From contig OX597817.1 in the NCBI GenBank assembly GCA_951406725.2, positions 116,002,001 to 116,066,000 of the forward strand: 64,000 bases of DNA. The letters are read 5' to 3'. This document shows positions 1 to 15,029 of the stretch, piece by piece (the stretch's first letter is position 1; each line of letters starts with the position of its first letter). Below the pieces are notes generated by a model that searched no databases, was not told where the DNA came from, and saw nothing but the letters and a program-made list of their open reading frames with translations. Source of the stretch: Octopus vulgaris. Taxonomy: Eukaryota. The position numbers and the translations under genes are program-made.

Positions 1-2207
1 AATTAAAACTACAGTAGCTAAGATTAAATGAAGAGGTAGCATCTTTTAGACAATGTTATCAAAATCATACAAAATATATCTATTCAATATATATACTACT
101 AGTACACACATGGCAAATTATTATAAAAGCAACCGATGAATATTTCATACCCAAATTTCCTTTGTATAAAGAAACTTTTAGCAACATCATATATATTATT
201 CAATTTCAATACGTCCGTAAAGCATTGAGTTAAACTACCGCCGTTTCTTTTAATTCTTCTTCAACTTATTAACAAATAACATACACGCACCACACACATA
301 TGCATTTGTATAATAAAAAAATATATGAATACATATATATTCACACTTATATATAATATATTCATAAACGATAAACTCATATATGTATATTTTAAGATGC
401 ACACACACACACATACACACACACAAGAGAGTTTGTATGTGAGTATGTGAGTGCGTATGTTCCTTATGCTTCCCAAAACAGAGTTGCCGATTTTGACGTA
501 TGGGGCACCGAAAGATTTAGTAAGCTTTTGGCTACTAACTAAACTATATTTTCATTCACATATTTGTATTGCAAAACTTCACATTATCATTCAGCCACCT
601 ATCGTAAACAATATTTTGTATCACCACCACAACGACTCTGACGTCACATTATCTATATAAGTGCATTTGCGTATTCGTTACCTACGTTAAGCCCATGACT
701 GACAAGTATATGTGTGTGGCGGTGTGTGCCTGTCAGTATACATAAATTTTGTGACGACTGTGACATACACACACGTCTGAAGAAGGCACACACACACACA
801 CACACACACACACAGGAACAGAAATAGGCTTCAGATGTGCGTTAATGTATAAGTGTGTGTTTCTTAGGTGTTTCTTAGGTTATGTATGTAATTCCCCCTC
901 CCCAACAGTGAAACACGCGGATATTGAAGATTTACTTGCGGTCTGGACTTCAAACGATCAGCAACGTTCAGTTTCAAGTACTACCAATATGATGTGGCTG
1001 ATTTAACACCACTCACAATACGCGCAAGTATATCTGAATTTTTTTTTCATTCTGGTTATTATAACAAATTCGGAAACTTGGCGAGGTTGAAAGCCTCAGC
1101 GACTCTTTCAATATAATTACAAAAATGTTATTCCACTCCTTCTAGCTAGTTTCAAGATAAAGTTTTCTTAACAGTTCTTATATACATCCTATGCTTCTTC
1201 ATCACTGCGAGTACCAACGCCGCACAACCATTTTACTGCGTTAGAATTTATTCTACAACCTATAACGTTACACAGTTAAAAGATACGTAGTATTTATTGT
1301 AACGTCAAATTAATTTATACCTTGTTACATACATCCTTCAGCAAATATTTTGAATTAACGTTCACAAGAACATCATCTTTCTTTCTATACATTTGGTTCA
1401 GCGTTCGTTTCAAATATGTAAAATAAATCATTTTTGTACGAAAAATTGAATTATGCCTTCTGAATATTCTTGGACTTTCACTCTCTTCACCGTCACATTC
1501 AATCGTGAATTTTATAACATTTAGTTCATGTTCCAAATAAATGTTGAATTTCTGCACTTTGTTACACTTATGACGTGTAGTAACTTTTGCTAAGTTGGTG
1601 ACTTTCTATTTTCATAGTTATTTCAAATAATCTTCTCTACAACGACCAGGTTTCATTAGCAAATGAAAATCGTTTCACACTTTCAATTTCAACCAAAATT
1701 ACAAAGTGTTGCAGTACGAGAGTGATGTTGTGTGAATAATGACTAATGTTTCTTCGAATTAGTCACAACTTTATTATAATAAAGAAAGCTGTTAATTATC
1801 TACATACCAAATAAACTATGTTTTTGACTCAACTCTCTTTTATAACTAAAACAGCCTAGGTGAGGTCACACAATTTTGAGGTCATTTTCGGACATTTCGA
1901 TTTGCTTGTTTCACTTTCGTCAGGTGTTTCATGCATGCAGAGGATTCTGCTCAAACATTTATCTAAACGTACACAAATATTGTATTAAAATAAGCCACAG
2001 CAAAAAAAATTACATTAAAAGACATTGTTTCTATGTTATGAGGAAATACATTCTTTCACACTCTCTTTCTCTCTCACACACACACGAAAACGATGTATGC
2101 ATATGTATATATGGGCGAAGTAAAGAATACACACTTCCAGGGTTTAGGGTTAAAGTTACGCGTATTCGTCCCCTCCGCCTATTTATGAGCGCATATATGA
2201 AAGATAA

Positions 2208-2250
<43 letters not shown>

Positions 2251-3842
2251 GAGTGCTGCTTATACCGACATGCAAAAAATTCATACGTCACAACACATTT
2301 ACCTTCACTCACTCAATCTCTCTTTCTCTCTTTCTTTCACACACTCGTCCATTTCATATACATGTACATCTTACACTTTCCGCTCACTTTTACTGTATCC
2401 TCTCACTTCAAAGCAAATGTTGCCTTTTCACTGTATCCTTTCTTTCAATTTCTGCTTTCTTCAAAGCATACAGACATTAAAACAATTTTACGGAAATTTA
2501 TGAGCAATCATATGATCCTGTATATATCGAGGTGACAACTTTGCTTCTTCAAAAGAAATAATGCACACACACGCACACAAATACACACACTCTAGGTAAA
2601 ATCTTCTGTGCGTATTATGTTATTCTTGCCGTGTGCATGTGGAAATTTACAGCTCAAATCTAATTGAAATTACGTTTTTCTACTGTGTAATTTGTGTTTG
2701 AGATGAGCATATTTAAAAACCTGATCTTCGATATAAACTTAAAAGGAAGTCTTCCCACAAATTTTGTCCTTTAACTCTTCTTTTTAGCATGTCCGAATTG
2801 ACATTTCCGCACCCCACCTTAATTTTTTTTCCTAAATTTCTTCCGATTCCTATGTTGCGATGCAGGAGATTAGGATTTCACCCACAAAACACGTTCTCAA
2901 TATTTTGATTTTCTCCCTCTCGACACCAAATATTTTTTTTTTACTTTTTTCAAATTTTTATTCTTCGTAATCCATAGAGGAAAAAGAGAGAGTATGAATC
3001 TTTAAGAAATTTACCCATCACGTCATCACTTTCAAAAAGCTACACACTCCCAATGTTTCACTTTTAACCTTCTGGAAACCGAGGAAGTTTCTTAAAAAAT
3101 AATACCTTTTAGCTGTTGCTTCCAGCATGTCTGGTTTTCTGGTGGTGATCTGGTATTTTTTAAGTTTACTATTTCAGTAGAATTCCACTGATGCTGGGAA
3201 AATCAGGAAAAGTGAAAAATTGGTAGATTTTAGCATTTTGACAGCTGGTTGGTGATGAGTGTATGAGGTGGAGGAAGGGAGTGTTTGTTTAAGAAAAATT
3301 AAACTCTCTCTCTCTCTCTGTATATATATATATATATATTTACATTTCTGAGATTCGTATTCTCTGTGTTTTTCTACAAAGAAAAGAAAAAAGCAACGAT
3401 AAAGAAAAAAAATTCGAAAAATTTATAAATTATGAAATTGCGTTGGAGGGGGAAAAATCAAAATTTTCAAAATGTGATTTCTGAACAAAATCGCATTAAC
3501 CCCTTTTTATACGATGAAATAATGCATAGCTTCTGATCCTGCTTAAGAACAATGCACTTTAATGCAAATCCATGTAAATTGCACACTCGCCCTTCAATAT
3601 TAAACAGACAATAACTTCCATTATTCTATTAACTATATATCAGCAGTGCCAATTCTGCCATAAGAAAGGAGTAAATAATATAATGTACTTATAGGTCATA
3701 ACACCTGGCAACGCCGGAATGCATTGTTAGTGTGTGTGTATATATATATATATATATAGATATATAAATTCCTCCATTTACATAATATCGAGGTTGTCAT
3801 TATTATTATTATTATTAATATATATATATATATATATATCTC

Positions 3843-3886
<44 letters not shown>

Positions 3887-6149
3887 GTGTGTGTGTTTAT
3901 GTATGTACGTTTATGTGTGTGTGTGCATTGCACAATTGAATAATTACTGAAGGCATATGTATCGGAATATAAGTTGAAAATTGAAAAGAATCAAGCGCGG
4001 CATATGTTAATATTCTCGCTAACATTCTCCAATTCCTTCCATAAGAAGAAAGCTCTTTGTATGTTTTAATGATTTTAAGAGTGCTGCTCACATATACTTT
4101 TAAAAATACGATATTAGGACGCCGTATTTGACAATAAAGGAGAAGGCTGTATTGCAGTAATTACTCTTGAAGATTCATGTATTTATGAATCTATTGCAGC
4201 GTGATGGCGAGCGAAATACCTGAATATGAAGTTTATAATCAATGTATATCAAACTGGTATTTCGAAAACAATTCTTGCACCGTCCTCTAAACTTTACGCA
4301 GAAAAAAACATCTAAGAATGTACAATACTTTTGAATAGATTTGCTATTTCCAAACATATTCACACAAACGTCGACCGACTCCACTCCGCTCAATATTTCT
4401 TCTGTCTTTGAGCAATAAATGTGATTTCTAATGACGGCAAAGTTTAGTTTTTGACAGAAATACTTTGTAATTGACTGGCACTTTTTGTTAAACAAATTAC
4501 ACTTGTAATTTATGGACATCCGATGAGAATAAGAATAAATCAAAGTCATATCTGGATTTAAATTTGTCATATGAACCTGCCAGAATAGTCGTATTGAATT
4601 TATATATGAATATAAATTCAATAGCACGCTAATGAAAAAGCAAATGAATACATATGTAAAACATTCCCATCGGAGTAAAAACACAACATACAATTCTCAT
4701 TTATTTTATTGTCAGTTGAAACTCATGTTAAAGTAATTTTTTCCCAGAGGAAATATTTCTAAAGCTTCATGTTTATTGTTATAATGAATAACCCTTTCAT
4801 AAAATATTTGCCTAGTTTAATATTCTAAGGAGAACTGTTAGTTTGACCCATTACATAAGTTTTACTTCGTTACTTTATTTTCTTTGATTTTTGCATAAGG
4901 TCTCACTGCCAGCAATTTAGCTATAATATCTAAAACTTCACAATTATATGTATGTGCGTGTGTCTGTGTGTGCGTGTGTTTGTGTGTGTATGTGTATGTG
5001 CGAGTGTGTGTGTGAAAATAATATAGCAAAATCCATTATCATAGCCGGGATGGCGTTAATGGCAACACCAGATACTTTTCCTCTCAGACTTTCGACAGAG
5101 TTTCTTTTATCATACAGTTTTCAGCTTGTACATTATAGTGCCAAAGCCCAGAAGACAGAGATGTACATCTAGCCCTATCACTACTACCGTTGGAAATTTT
5201 GACTGCTACTGATATGTCCTGAAACACAGTTTTAGGCGGATTTATAGGGTAGCAGAAAGAGCAACTCAAGCTCCAAATATTAGGGGACCCATCCTCCTCA
5301 GAGAGCTTGCATATAGAGGGCCTTCCCCAATTAACTCCCTTAAAAAATTTATTTTAACAAATCTTTATAAATACATAAAAAATACTTTTTTCCCATTAGC
5401 AAAACCAATACTCAACCCTTGTCCATAAAACGAGCAGATCTGGAAAATAGCGAAAAATATAAGTAATAAAAATGGAAGTTTTCCTTACTTTTATGTATGT
5501 CTATAGACATATAGAAATTGTTTGACCCTACGATGACCCGTCAATTTCATGGTTTTGTACTTGAGATTAAAACACATACACGTACACACACGCACGTACA
5601 AGTAAACACGCACTCATATATATTGCTACACCGTAAAGTTATTATTCTGTTAATTTGCTAGGCTGGTCATATTTACGAAAAAATTTTTGGCATCCAAAAC
5701 TTTAATTTTTAATTTACTCTTTTAGAATTTACAATTTACTCACAATTTTCTCTTTCGCGTAATACCTCTCCTCAGATAAAAACTGATTTTCTTTCTTTCT
5801 AATTTGGAATATGATTTGTGCAATTTATTTTTTGTTTATCGTTAAAACTAATCCTTTACTCTCTTTTTCAATATATTTTGTCATCGTCAGACTACCAATT
5901 TGCTATTTTTATTTTCATGTTACGTTCACCAAAAAATTCACTGATGATAGTGATTTAGTATCTGTCACTGTTGCCTCTGCTATTTCTCAATTTGATTTTT
6001 CAATTTGTCTATGGCCACTAAATTTCAGTTATCTTTTTTGAGCATTAGTTGTTATTTCAGCGGATGTCTATTGCTAAAAGTTTCTGGTAATAAATAAGTG
6101 AACTTTTAAGAAAAGCGGAAAACAATATCGAAGCAAAAATAAACTCAAG

Positions 6150-6680
6150 GCCATTACTAGCACCAACATATCGTAATTGCAACACGAAATACCCTCTTCA
6201 CTCACAAAACCGTTACATTTGCAGACACTACTTTTATTAACAAAATCGAAAGTAGAATTGTAAGTTCAAATATCGTTACATGATCATTTGACGTTTACAA
6301 GGATCCGTGAAATAAACAGTTCCTTTCGAAATATATTAACAGATGTTGAAGATGATTTAGAAGAAACACCTTAAGCAAGATATAAGGCGCAGATATTGGC
6401 ACTACTCTAATGCCTATGAGCTACAATTTTAAACAACGACATAACGGTAAAAATAGACATTTCCACGAATTGTTAATTTGAATAGGGTGGTGAATTTGAT
6501 TCATTGAAAACTTACTGAAATCACATCGGCACGAGTATGAAGAGTTGGAATTTGATGCCGGAAAAATTATGTGGAAACAGTCAATAAAGAAACGACAAAT
6601 AGACCAAGGAAGAAAACCAAACATGATGTAAATCTAGCATCAAACTCAGAGGAAGTTGTTCTTTCTGTAAGAAAAAAATT
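6150..6680 (+). mobile_element. Highly degenerate Penelope-like GIY-YIG endonuclease remnant
   Basis: Broken frames give D/Y-IGTT...NFKQRHNG and a C-terminal NSEEVVLS-like segment, resembling PLE endonuclease motifs; many stops and frameshifts. Confidence 0.4.
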
Positions 6681-7395
6681 CGATTGCAGGACTTTCAATA
6701 TAAGTTGAGGTCAGTTGCTTGTAACTTTACAAATCACAGAACAGCTTATCAATCAGTGCATGACAAGTTCAAATTTATAGTAAACATATGTAATTTATTT
6801 AATGTAGAGATAAGAATAGAAACTGAGAAACTGACTGCCACTTTCCCTTGTGATTTACGTCATGTCTTCAGAGAAGAAATTGTGTGGTGTGCAACCTTTC
6901 GTAAGCGCGCGTCATATTTCAACCAATATCAACAGGCATGTTTAATCTATAATGAAGGGCCTGCTGAAGGCTTTACACCTGTTAATGTTACATTTGGAAT
7001 ATGTTTCAGTTTGATGGTCATTAGTGGTTCAGGAGAGAGGCATTTAGTAAGCTGGGACGTAAGAAAGACTAATCATTGTTCTAACGACAATACAGTTCAC
7101 AGAAATTAGTATAGATTTTTCTGATAGGAAGTCTTTATGTATCTATTGGATAAATGTTATAGTGCATTAAATCGGTAAAATTTGTTGTACTTAGTTTCGA
7201 AGATAATACTTTGCATTGAAAGAAGCATTTTAACTTTCTACATGCTAACAGGTCAATTTCATGTAAAAGGCATATTTTGAGATGTAACTTTGGTGATTTT
7301 TCATGGATTTTAATTTCTGTGTAAGGGTACCCCAAACAACGCAAATCGTCACGTGACGGTGACCTTTAAACCCAGTCCTGCATCTATCTACTTAC

Positions 7396-7443
<48 letters not shown>

Positions 7444-7574
7444 ATATCTATCTATCTATCTATCAATATAAATATATATATATATATATATGAAAGATTC
7501 AGTTGAATTAGGTATGTATGTATGCTTATATGTTTGTGTATATATATATATATAAACAAAAATACACACACACA

Positions 7575-8617
7575 TAGGGAGTGGTGAATAAATTGTCGTC
7601 TAAAGTGCGCAAAAAGGAAAATAGCACTGATGTCTCATTTTAACAGATACATTTACCAAAATTACATAAAAAGTATCTTAAAGTAGTCAACCACGACATC
7701 CAGACGACTTCGGAACCTCCTGCAGCTCTTTTGTTGGTGAATGCTGCCATATTACTTGCCTTCAGTTTATCTTTGGTACTACAAGGAGTTTTTAATCAAG
7801 GGCGTTCGAATCTCGGGAGTTATGTGTCCGGATGTTAAGGGTGATGTCATTGCAGAAATTGTCTGACATCCATGGCTGTGTTCTCCTGCTTATGTGGCAT
7901 GGTACAGAATACTGTTGCTAGATATATGGCCTTCTAACCGTCACCTTTTTGAATCAGGGCAGCATTAACTCCTCCAGGCACTTGATGTTGGCCTCCGTTT
8001 TGTGTCTGAGGCCGGGTGAGAAGATGAATGCAGGCATAACGTCACTATCACTAGTGATCACTGCAAATACCATGATGTTCACTCGATGTTTGATTTGTAT
8101 CACTCCCCTTATATGTTTTTGACAGACGGTCAAGCCAACTGCTGTTCTGTGTGTTCACCATCTGATCCAGGCAGAAATGTTTGGCGTCTGAGAAGTATCA
8201 AAGCATTTTCGGTTGGAGAGAAAGCTTGAGTTTGTTCAAAAGCTTCGTAGCATGGTCTTTCCTCTTGGGATAAAAATTGTTCCTTTCTCATCTTGTGTGA
8301 GGAATACCAAATGTCTTCATGTTCCACCTGCCTGATAGCAAACTCAGAAACTCCCATGGCCCTGGCGGGGGACCTGATTGACTTGGATGTATGGTTGTCA
8401 ATCATCTGCACTGTCCTCAGATCGACACCCAAACACTTTGAAATGTTGATACTGGAACCTCCCGTGCGAATCCAAATTTCTGGCAGAGCGAATTGCGTTA
8501 TAGTGCTGTTTTTCTCACAGATGGTACCCAAAGTATTCTCGACGAAATTAAAAACATACAATGCGCATGCGCAATGTTAAGAATATAAAATGGCAACAAT
8601 TTACCCACCGCACCCTG
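7575..8617 (-). mobile_element. Degenerate Tc1/mariner-superfamily DNA transposon
   Basis: Imperfect TIRs (tagggagtggtgaataaattgt at 7575; acaatttacccaccgcaccctg ending 8617, followed by TA). Minus-strand transposase fragments: HTH region in ORF 8130-8561, and VNIMVFAVITSDSDVMPAFIF and HITPNI-like DDE-region pieces. Confidence 0.75.
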
Positions 8618-8899
8618 TATATATTTGTATCTATCTATCTATATACGTATACACACACACACACACACACACAAACATATCTATATACAAATATGCATGT
8701 TCAGTACATCCCCACACTCGTGTTTTTCTACCTACCCCTTCTCATCAGTCACTATTTTGTTGGGCTCACAATAATCCTGGAGGAAACAGTTTGTGTAAAA
8801 CTTGTACATATAGTTTAGGCTATCAACGAGTTTATAATTTGCTTTTACCAATTCAGTGGTTTATTTCTTGAATACAAGATTCGCTCCAGCTAGTGCAAG

Positions 8900-9709
8900 C
8901 GAAATTTTTATATCAAACTGGCCTTGCATAATTCTTTTCAATATGCATAGTAATCTCCTTCATTAGGATGTAAGACTATTGTACCACTATCCAATTTTTA
9001 CAATAGCCCTAAGGTATCCAAGTTTCTTCCAAGTGCCTTTCCATTACATATTCTGCCTAGAGCTATAATGAAACTTTCAGAGTGGTGTGCGTATTTTACT
9101 GTCAATTTTGTCATAGTATTCTTTCTCAATTGTATTTAGTCTCACAGCATTTTGGGTGCCATTTGTGTTTTCATTCCTGATACTAAACCAGAATTACTCA
9201 AAATCTTCGTGAAAAGGTGTTCTTTTATCTGTATGATGTCTACCCTGTGTCCGGGTATAAAATCTGTGAACTGGATGCAATCTTACTGCATGATCGGGTA
9301 TTTTCCTACGATCCGGTAGTTTCTCACTCACCATCTTGAGTTCATGCTTTAAATTAATTCGATTTCGATCAATAGTTGAGGTGAAATGTTTCAGTACAAT
9401 TTATTTTGTATAATATGTAATTAGCGAGGTATGAACTTGTTCCGCTTACATTTTATTATCGCAGTTAATTTTCCATTATGGTGATGCAGGTTGTTGATGT
9501 CAAGTTTTGTTTTCCACTGGGTCACTTGTGTTTAGTAATGTCATTAGCCCCGTGAACTGCTGGTGTGTTTTAGGTATCCTTTAGGTAATAACAGGTGTGA
9601 GTAGGAAGATATGAACTTTCTAGCAATTCCGCACCATATAGTTCTATGTGCCCCCCAGCTAAATATAAATAACTTTTAACATGACTGCAGTTGGCTTTCC
9701 AGTATATAC

Positions 9710-9745
<36 letters not shown>

Positions 9746-10960
9746 TATGTATTCATACATGCATACATATCTCTGAGTATGGGTGCATGTATGTATGTAT
9801 GTATGTATGTATGTATGCAAATATGTATATATAAATATACTCACTCATACGCATGCACACAGATAAACACACATATGACAGAGATAATAATACATGCATA
9901 AATAAATATATAAACATTAATATGATGATATCTATAAATATGTTTTTGCATTTGTATGAGAAATGCCTGTATACATATATGGCTGCAGGAATAATAGGTA
10001 AAACAATTTTCTCTGTACAAATTATTCCTAGATATAGAAATGAAATATTGTAGAAATTATACTATTTTTGTATCATTCATATTAAATTGTAGAAACACCT
10101 TACTTCCTTTGGACATTTATCTAAAACAAAAATATAAAAGCGCTAATTCATCTTATTCAAATATTTTTATGTATTGAAGCCAACCTCCGTATTAAATCGT
10201 GCCCTCTCCTTTTTAAGTTAAGATAGCATAATTTGTCTGAAGTTTATTCAAATCCTGCAATAATCCTGTATTTTTCAAAATAAGAGTTTCTCTCAATGGT
10301 ATAATATTTTTGAAAACTGTAGTTGTGCACGCTTTATATATTACTAAATATAAAATTTACATTTTAAAATATTCTATACCAAACAAGTGTAGCATGTATC
10401 GTTTGATGTTATTTCTCTTGTACATTTAGAACATTCTGCATATCAAGATTTCTCTACCAAAATTAGTACCATTGTTAGCAACAACATTCACTTAAACATG
10501 AGTCCGACAAGATAATCCAATTTATAGCAAACATAGTAGCAATTATAGTGAAACAAACTTTAATTCTTTATATTTCTCAAACATATCAAGCGATGTGTCT
10601 CTTTTGGAGTAAAGTATCGATCACTCTCCGCCCATGGAATTTTTAGTATGTCTTCCGGTCTTGCTAAAATGAGATTAGTACGAGTGACAAACAAAGTAAA
10701 AACATAATTTGAAAGGAAGTGTCTGTGCAAAACTGACATTCTTTTTTTTCATTTCTTGACGGATTGATAGCATTGGTATTGTTGTCTGAAAGTTTTCCTC
10801 GAGTGAGTGATTGAATACTTTAAGTAGTATTGTCACTTCGGTAATTTCGCAAGGTTATCGGTTAATCGAAGCTTACAATGTCAGGGCTGACTTCACCATC
10901 AATCTTAAAAGAAGACGAATTATCAATTCATTCATTCAACAACAGTTGTTGCAAGAACAG
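8900..10960 (-). mobile_element. Possible ancient non-LTR retrotransposon remnant (RT/RLE type), interrupted by microsatellites
   Basis: Faint minus-strand echoes of RT motifs (SPDI, ENFQT-T-I, SLDMFEK) in a plausible order; no open frame. Confidence 0.25.
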
Positions 10961-11106
10961 AAATTATTTCAAGTGCTTCGATGTTTCCTTTGCTTATAAA
11001 AGATTAATGCAAGGTTATGACAACTTGAGTAAAGACAATGAATGCCATAGTCCTAATTACATTATGTACGTGAACCAAAAGAAAGAGAGAGAGTTCAAGA
11101 AAGAAG

Positions 11107-11152
<46 letters not shown>

Positions 11153-11422
11153 AGGCAGAAAGAAAGAAAGTTGTATGCAAGCGAAGCTCATTTCAATAGT
11201 GACGCAGAGAAATAGAATTTATAATGAATGTTATCACCAAAGAAAAACCAACCATTGTTCTCGCATTTTTTAAATTAAGAAATTCCTCGTAAGAAGTTAA
11301 AGTATATATTTATAAAGGTTATGAAATATTGTTTTGTAAACTTTAAGTAAATGTAAGAATATATAATGAAAGCATTCCAAAGAATGTATGTACGTCATAA
11401 ACATACTTTCGTGTGTATACGT

Positions 11423-11820
11423 ATGTCTTCTACTATAGCGTCAGACTGACCAAAGCCTTATGAGTGGATTTGGCAGACGGAAACTTAACGAAGCTCGTTA
11501 TATATGTACACACACACACACGCACTCAAACAGGTACACACACGCACACATACGCACATACACACACAAATATATATTATTTAAATATCAGTATATATCT
11601 ATGCATGTGTGTGTTTTTCTCTGTTTGTCTATCTCACACCACCACTTGACAACTGGTATTGTGTTTATGTGTTTACGTACGCACAACTTAACTCTTCGTC
11701 AAACAAGTTCGGTATAATAAGTATCAGGCTTTCACAAAGTACTGGTGTCGATTCGTTGGAGTAAAATTCTTCAAGGCAGTATCCCAGCATGTCCGTATTC
11801 TAATTAATGAGACAAATAAA
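11423..11820 (+). mobile_element. tRNA-derived CORE-like SINE (family A), 5'-truncated
   Basis: gtcttctactatagc...gaccaaagcctt.tgagtggatttgg.agacggaaac...ccagcatg, homologous to the full copy at 56383-57097. Confidence 0.8.
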
Positions 11821-11850
11821 CAGATTTTATATGTGTATATATATATGTGT

Positions 11851-11909
<59 letters not shown>

Positions 11910-13099
11910 TTGTACATATATATGTATATATATAAGCGTGTATATTGACATGGGTTAACAGTTGTTGAAGTGAAGTTTAAAAAGAAATTCCGTGGTGTTT
12001 GTTCGACTCCTAGTTGAATTCCAATTTTTTCGAGTCGATAAGCAAATTAGCTACATTATTGTTGCATCGAAAGAAACGCCCTAACATATATAATCCGGTT
12101 TGTTGGTTTCTTCCGTTGAAAGACAGTCAATTGTTGCTTCGAGTTGCAGAGGAGAGCTTCGATAACTGGCTAATATTGCCAGGCTCACAGGATCAGATAT
12201 AGCGACATATTCAATGGAGAAATATTTCAGTTGCATCAATATAAATGAAGCCCTCATTTAAGTGCGAAAAAGGCTTAGAGAGAAAGGTTTCATTTGCAGG
12301 TACCTTACGGTATAATATCATCCTTTATTTATCACATAAACATTCTATTGTAAAACATTCATTGATATATTTGGGCAATTTTGTATATCATCAGGAAGTT
12401 TAGAATATTATCTAACCTTCACCCTTCGATTCTTAAACAATTTACATTTGAAAAGTTTGTAATTCTTTATTTAATATAGTGCTCTTCTTCACTTAGTGGG
12501 TATTTTTTAATATCTTTTATTCCTAAATCATGTACTCTATAAAGTGAATTGATTAAGTATGATGTAAGTTGCTTTCGGCCATATGAATATCAACATGCTA
12601 ATAGCTTATAAAGTGCGACGTAGCTGTCAATGGTTTTACTTCAGTATATTGTCCGTTACATAGAAAAATAATGTTCATAGGGGTTACGACAGTTGTCCAT
12701 AACGATAAGGTTATCCTTAACGGAATTAGTGCCAGCTGGGTTGTGTGTGTATATGTCACACACATTTTAAGAGGAGCCTAATTTCAAATGTTTTAACTAT
12801 CTTTCTTTACATGTACATACAAGAGCTGTATATGCCTTCTTTTACTGTAAAATTACATAATATAAATAAGATATCTTCAAATGAAAATATTTCATCTACA
12901 TTATATAATGAACGAAACACAGAAAATAAGTGAGACACCGGGCATATTTTTGGCTAATTATATCATCATGAAAGCATACATTATATTGTATTAATAGTCC
13001 TAGAAGAATCACTAAATATAATTCAGTACTTTCGGTGTGGAAAAATAAACATAGACAAAATATGACGCTTTTACGTTTTCTGTGTGAAAAACCTTAGTT

Positions 13100-13400
13100 A
13101 AGTTAATGTTAACATATATATTTCCAAAGGACATTAAGCGTTTGATATTCTCACAATATAACCTTGGTTGCCTTGACCATCAAAAATGCAATGCTTAATT
13201 TTATTATATTAGTTGCTATATCTTTGTTCGTGCACCAAATGCTAGTATCGTCCGTAATCAATAACCATCTACATGCTTGAAAGATCATTAACGTATCTAA
13301 ACACTTCGATATCTCGTCAGATGAATCAGCTAGCGTCAATATAATTCCGACAATGTAGTCGTTTCTTGTTTAATCACATCTCATTCGCGCGCAAGTCCCA
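13100..13400 (-). mobile_element. Ancient LINE reverse transcriptase remnant
   Basis: ORF 13151-13339 contains ITDDTSIWC, resembling the FADDT catalytic motif, with an LGIY-like segment downstream. Confidence 0.35.
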
Positions 13401-14197
13401 CTATGATATAGGCAACATATTTCGAATATGTCTGTCTTTCCAATTAATATATATCTTCTTACCTAAGTGACTAATCAAACATTATGCTGTCCTTCCTAGT
13501 CGGACTAATTTAGTTTGTTTCCACTCAAATATTTCTATGAATTACTAATCTTCGGCAGATCAAAGGAAACATTAACTAAACGCAATCACCTATTACTGGA
13601 GAGTCAAAAGTGCCTAATGGCAGCTAGGTTTATCTCTGCATCAATGTATGAAATATATTGTTATCAATCAATCAGCATTATTCGTTTACTCTCATAGTGC
13701 TTTATCTAATAATTTAATTATTTTTCTTGGATACGTGAGCTATAAGAATCCAGTAACTAACTTGATAATCAATATACAGAAGGAGATATGTCGAGTATAT
13801 TGTAGATTGATACCGTGAATATAAAATAATTACTTTCTCAACTAGATCAACCCTTTTAATGGAATGATGTTTAATCGATTGACTCGACCTAAGAATATTA
13901 CTATCATATACTTCATCGGTGCTATAATGCTCAAAGTTACAATATATTCCAGAAAAGATTACGCAAAGCATCTATACTTGTTTTATAGTTATTCTAACCA
14001 AGCTGACCCCTTAAATTTATGAAATCTAAAACGTTTAATGAAGTGAAAATGTAGATTTTTCACTTTCATAATTTCGCTGTGGCATTAGAAACGTCACCGT
14101 GGAAAAGAAAGTTTACAATGAAATATACAATTCCCTGTGTAATAAAATCGTATATATGTATGATTATACTACATAGAGAAGTGTATATTATTTTGGT

Positions 14198-15029
14198 ATT
14201 TATGGGAGCAACTGTCTTTGAGGACTCATATTGTTGTTGAATGCTCGAAATGAGGAGTAGATAGACAGCCGACAAATGGTGAAGGGCTGTTCTTTGTGGT
14301 TCTAGACCTGCTTTCCTTTCCTTTCTCTCGTTGTTTGCGTATTTAACTCATTTGTTTTCGTACTTCAAGTTGCTTACTGTTGGTGACGTCCTGTACCTAT
14401 TTATGTATATATATATACATTATTTATATCATTATTTAATTGAACGCCACGCATTCATTTGCAAAAATAATTGTGTCTTAATCTTTTTGTTGCGACTCTA
14501 CTCTATACTGTTTTCTCCCCATCCTTCTCAAATTTCCTTTTCTCCCCTTCATCATTTTCTATCTGTCTCTCTCTCCTTTTTTCTCTTTTTCTCTCTTTTG
14601 TTACTCACATGTGACTATCGTCCATCTTTCTTTTCCTCCACGACGTCTTAAGGACTGGATGTCTTCTGTCTCTCTCTTCTATCTTTTCTCTTTTCAAAGA
14701 AAATATTTCTCTCAGGGTTCGCTATCTTCCCCTCATTCTGGTCTAACGACCCTCCATGTCCCTTTTCGTTTGGCTTCCTTGTATGTCTCCACTATTATGT
14801 TGATTTTCTCAATTTTCACCGTCCATAAATCCAAAAGTTTATCTCGGAATTTATGGGAGCAACTGTCTTCGAAGACTCATATTGTCGGTGAATGCTCGCA
14901 ATCAGAAGTAGAGGAGTAGACAGCCGACAACTGATGAAGGGTTATTCTTTGTTCTACTTTTGTGTTACTTGTCCTGTTTTCCATTTTTTCTCTTGTTGTT
15001 TACGTATTTAACCCATTTGTTTTCGTACT
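14198..15029. repeat. Diverged direct repeat of about 170-180 bp, copies about 650 bp apart
   Basis: atttatgggagcaactgtct...tttgttttcgtact at 14198-14364 and 14849-15029. Confidence 0.8.

Noticed and set aside
1315-1557. ORF with LNVIKFTIEC, reminiscent of a PLE RT
   Set aside because: A single short motif with no supporting neighbours I can verify.
1876-2535. 219-aa ORF, the longest in the supplied track
   Set aside because: Runs through (GT)n/(GA)n microsatellites, has low-complexity composition and no recognisable domain.
3700-3731. Helitron-like 3' end (ggcaacgccgg...gttagt)
   Set aside because: The terminal CTAG is mutated and no 5' boundary could be defined.
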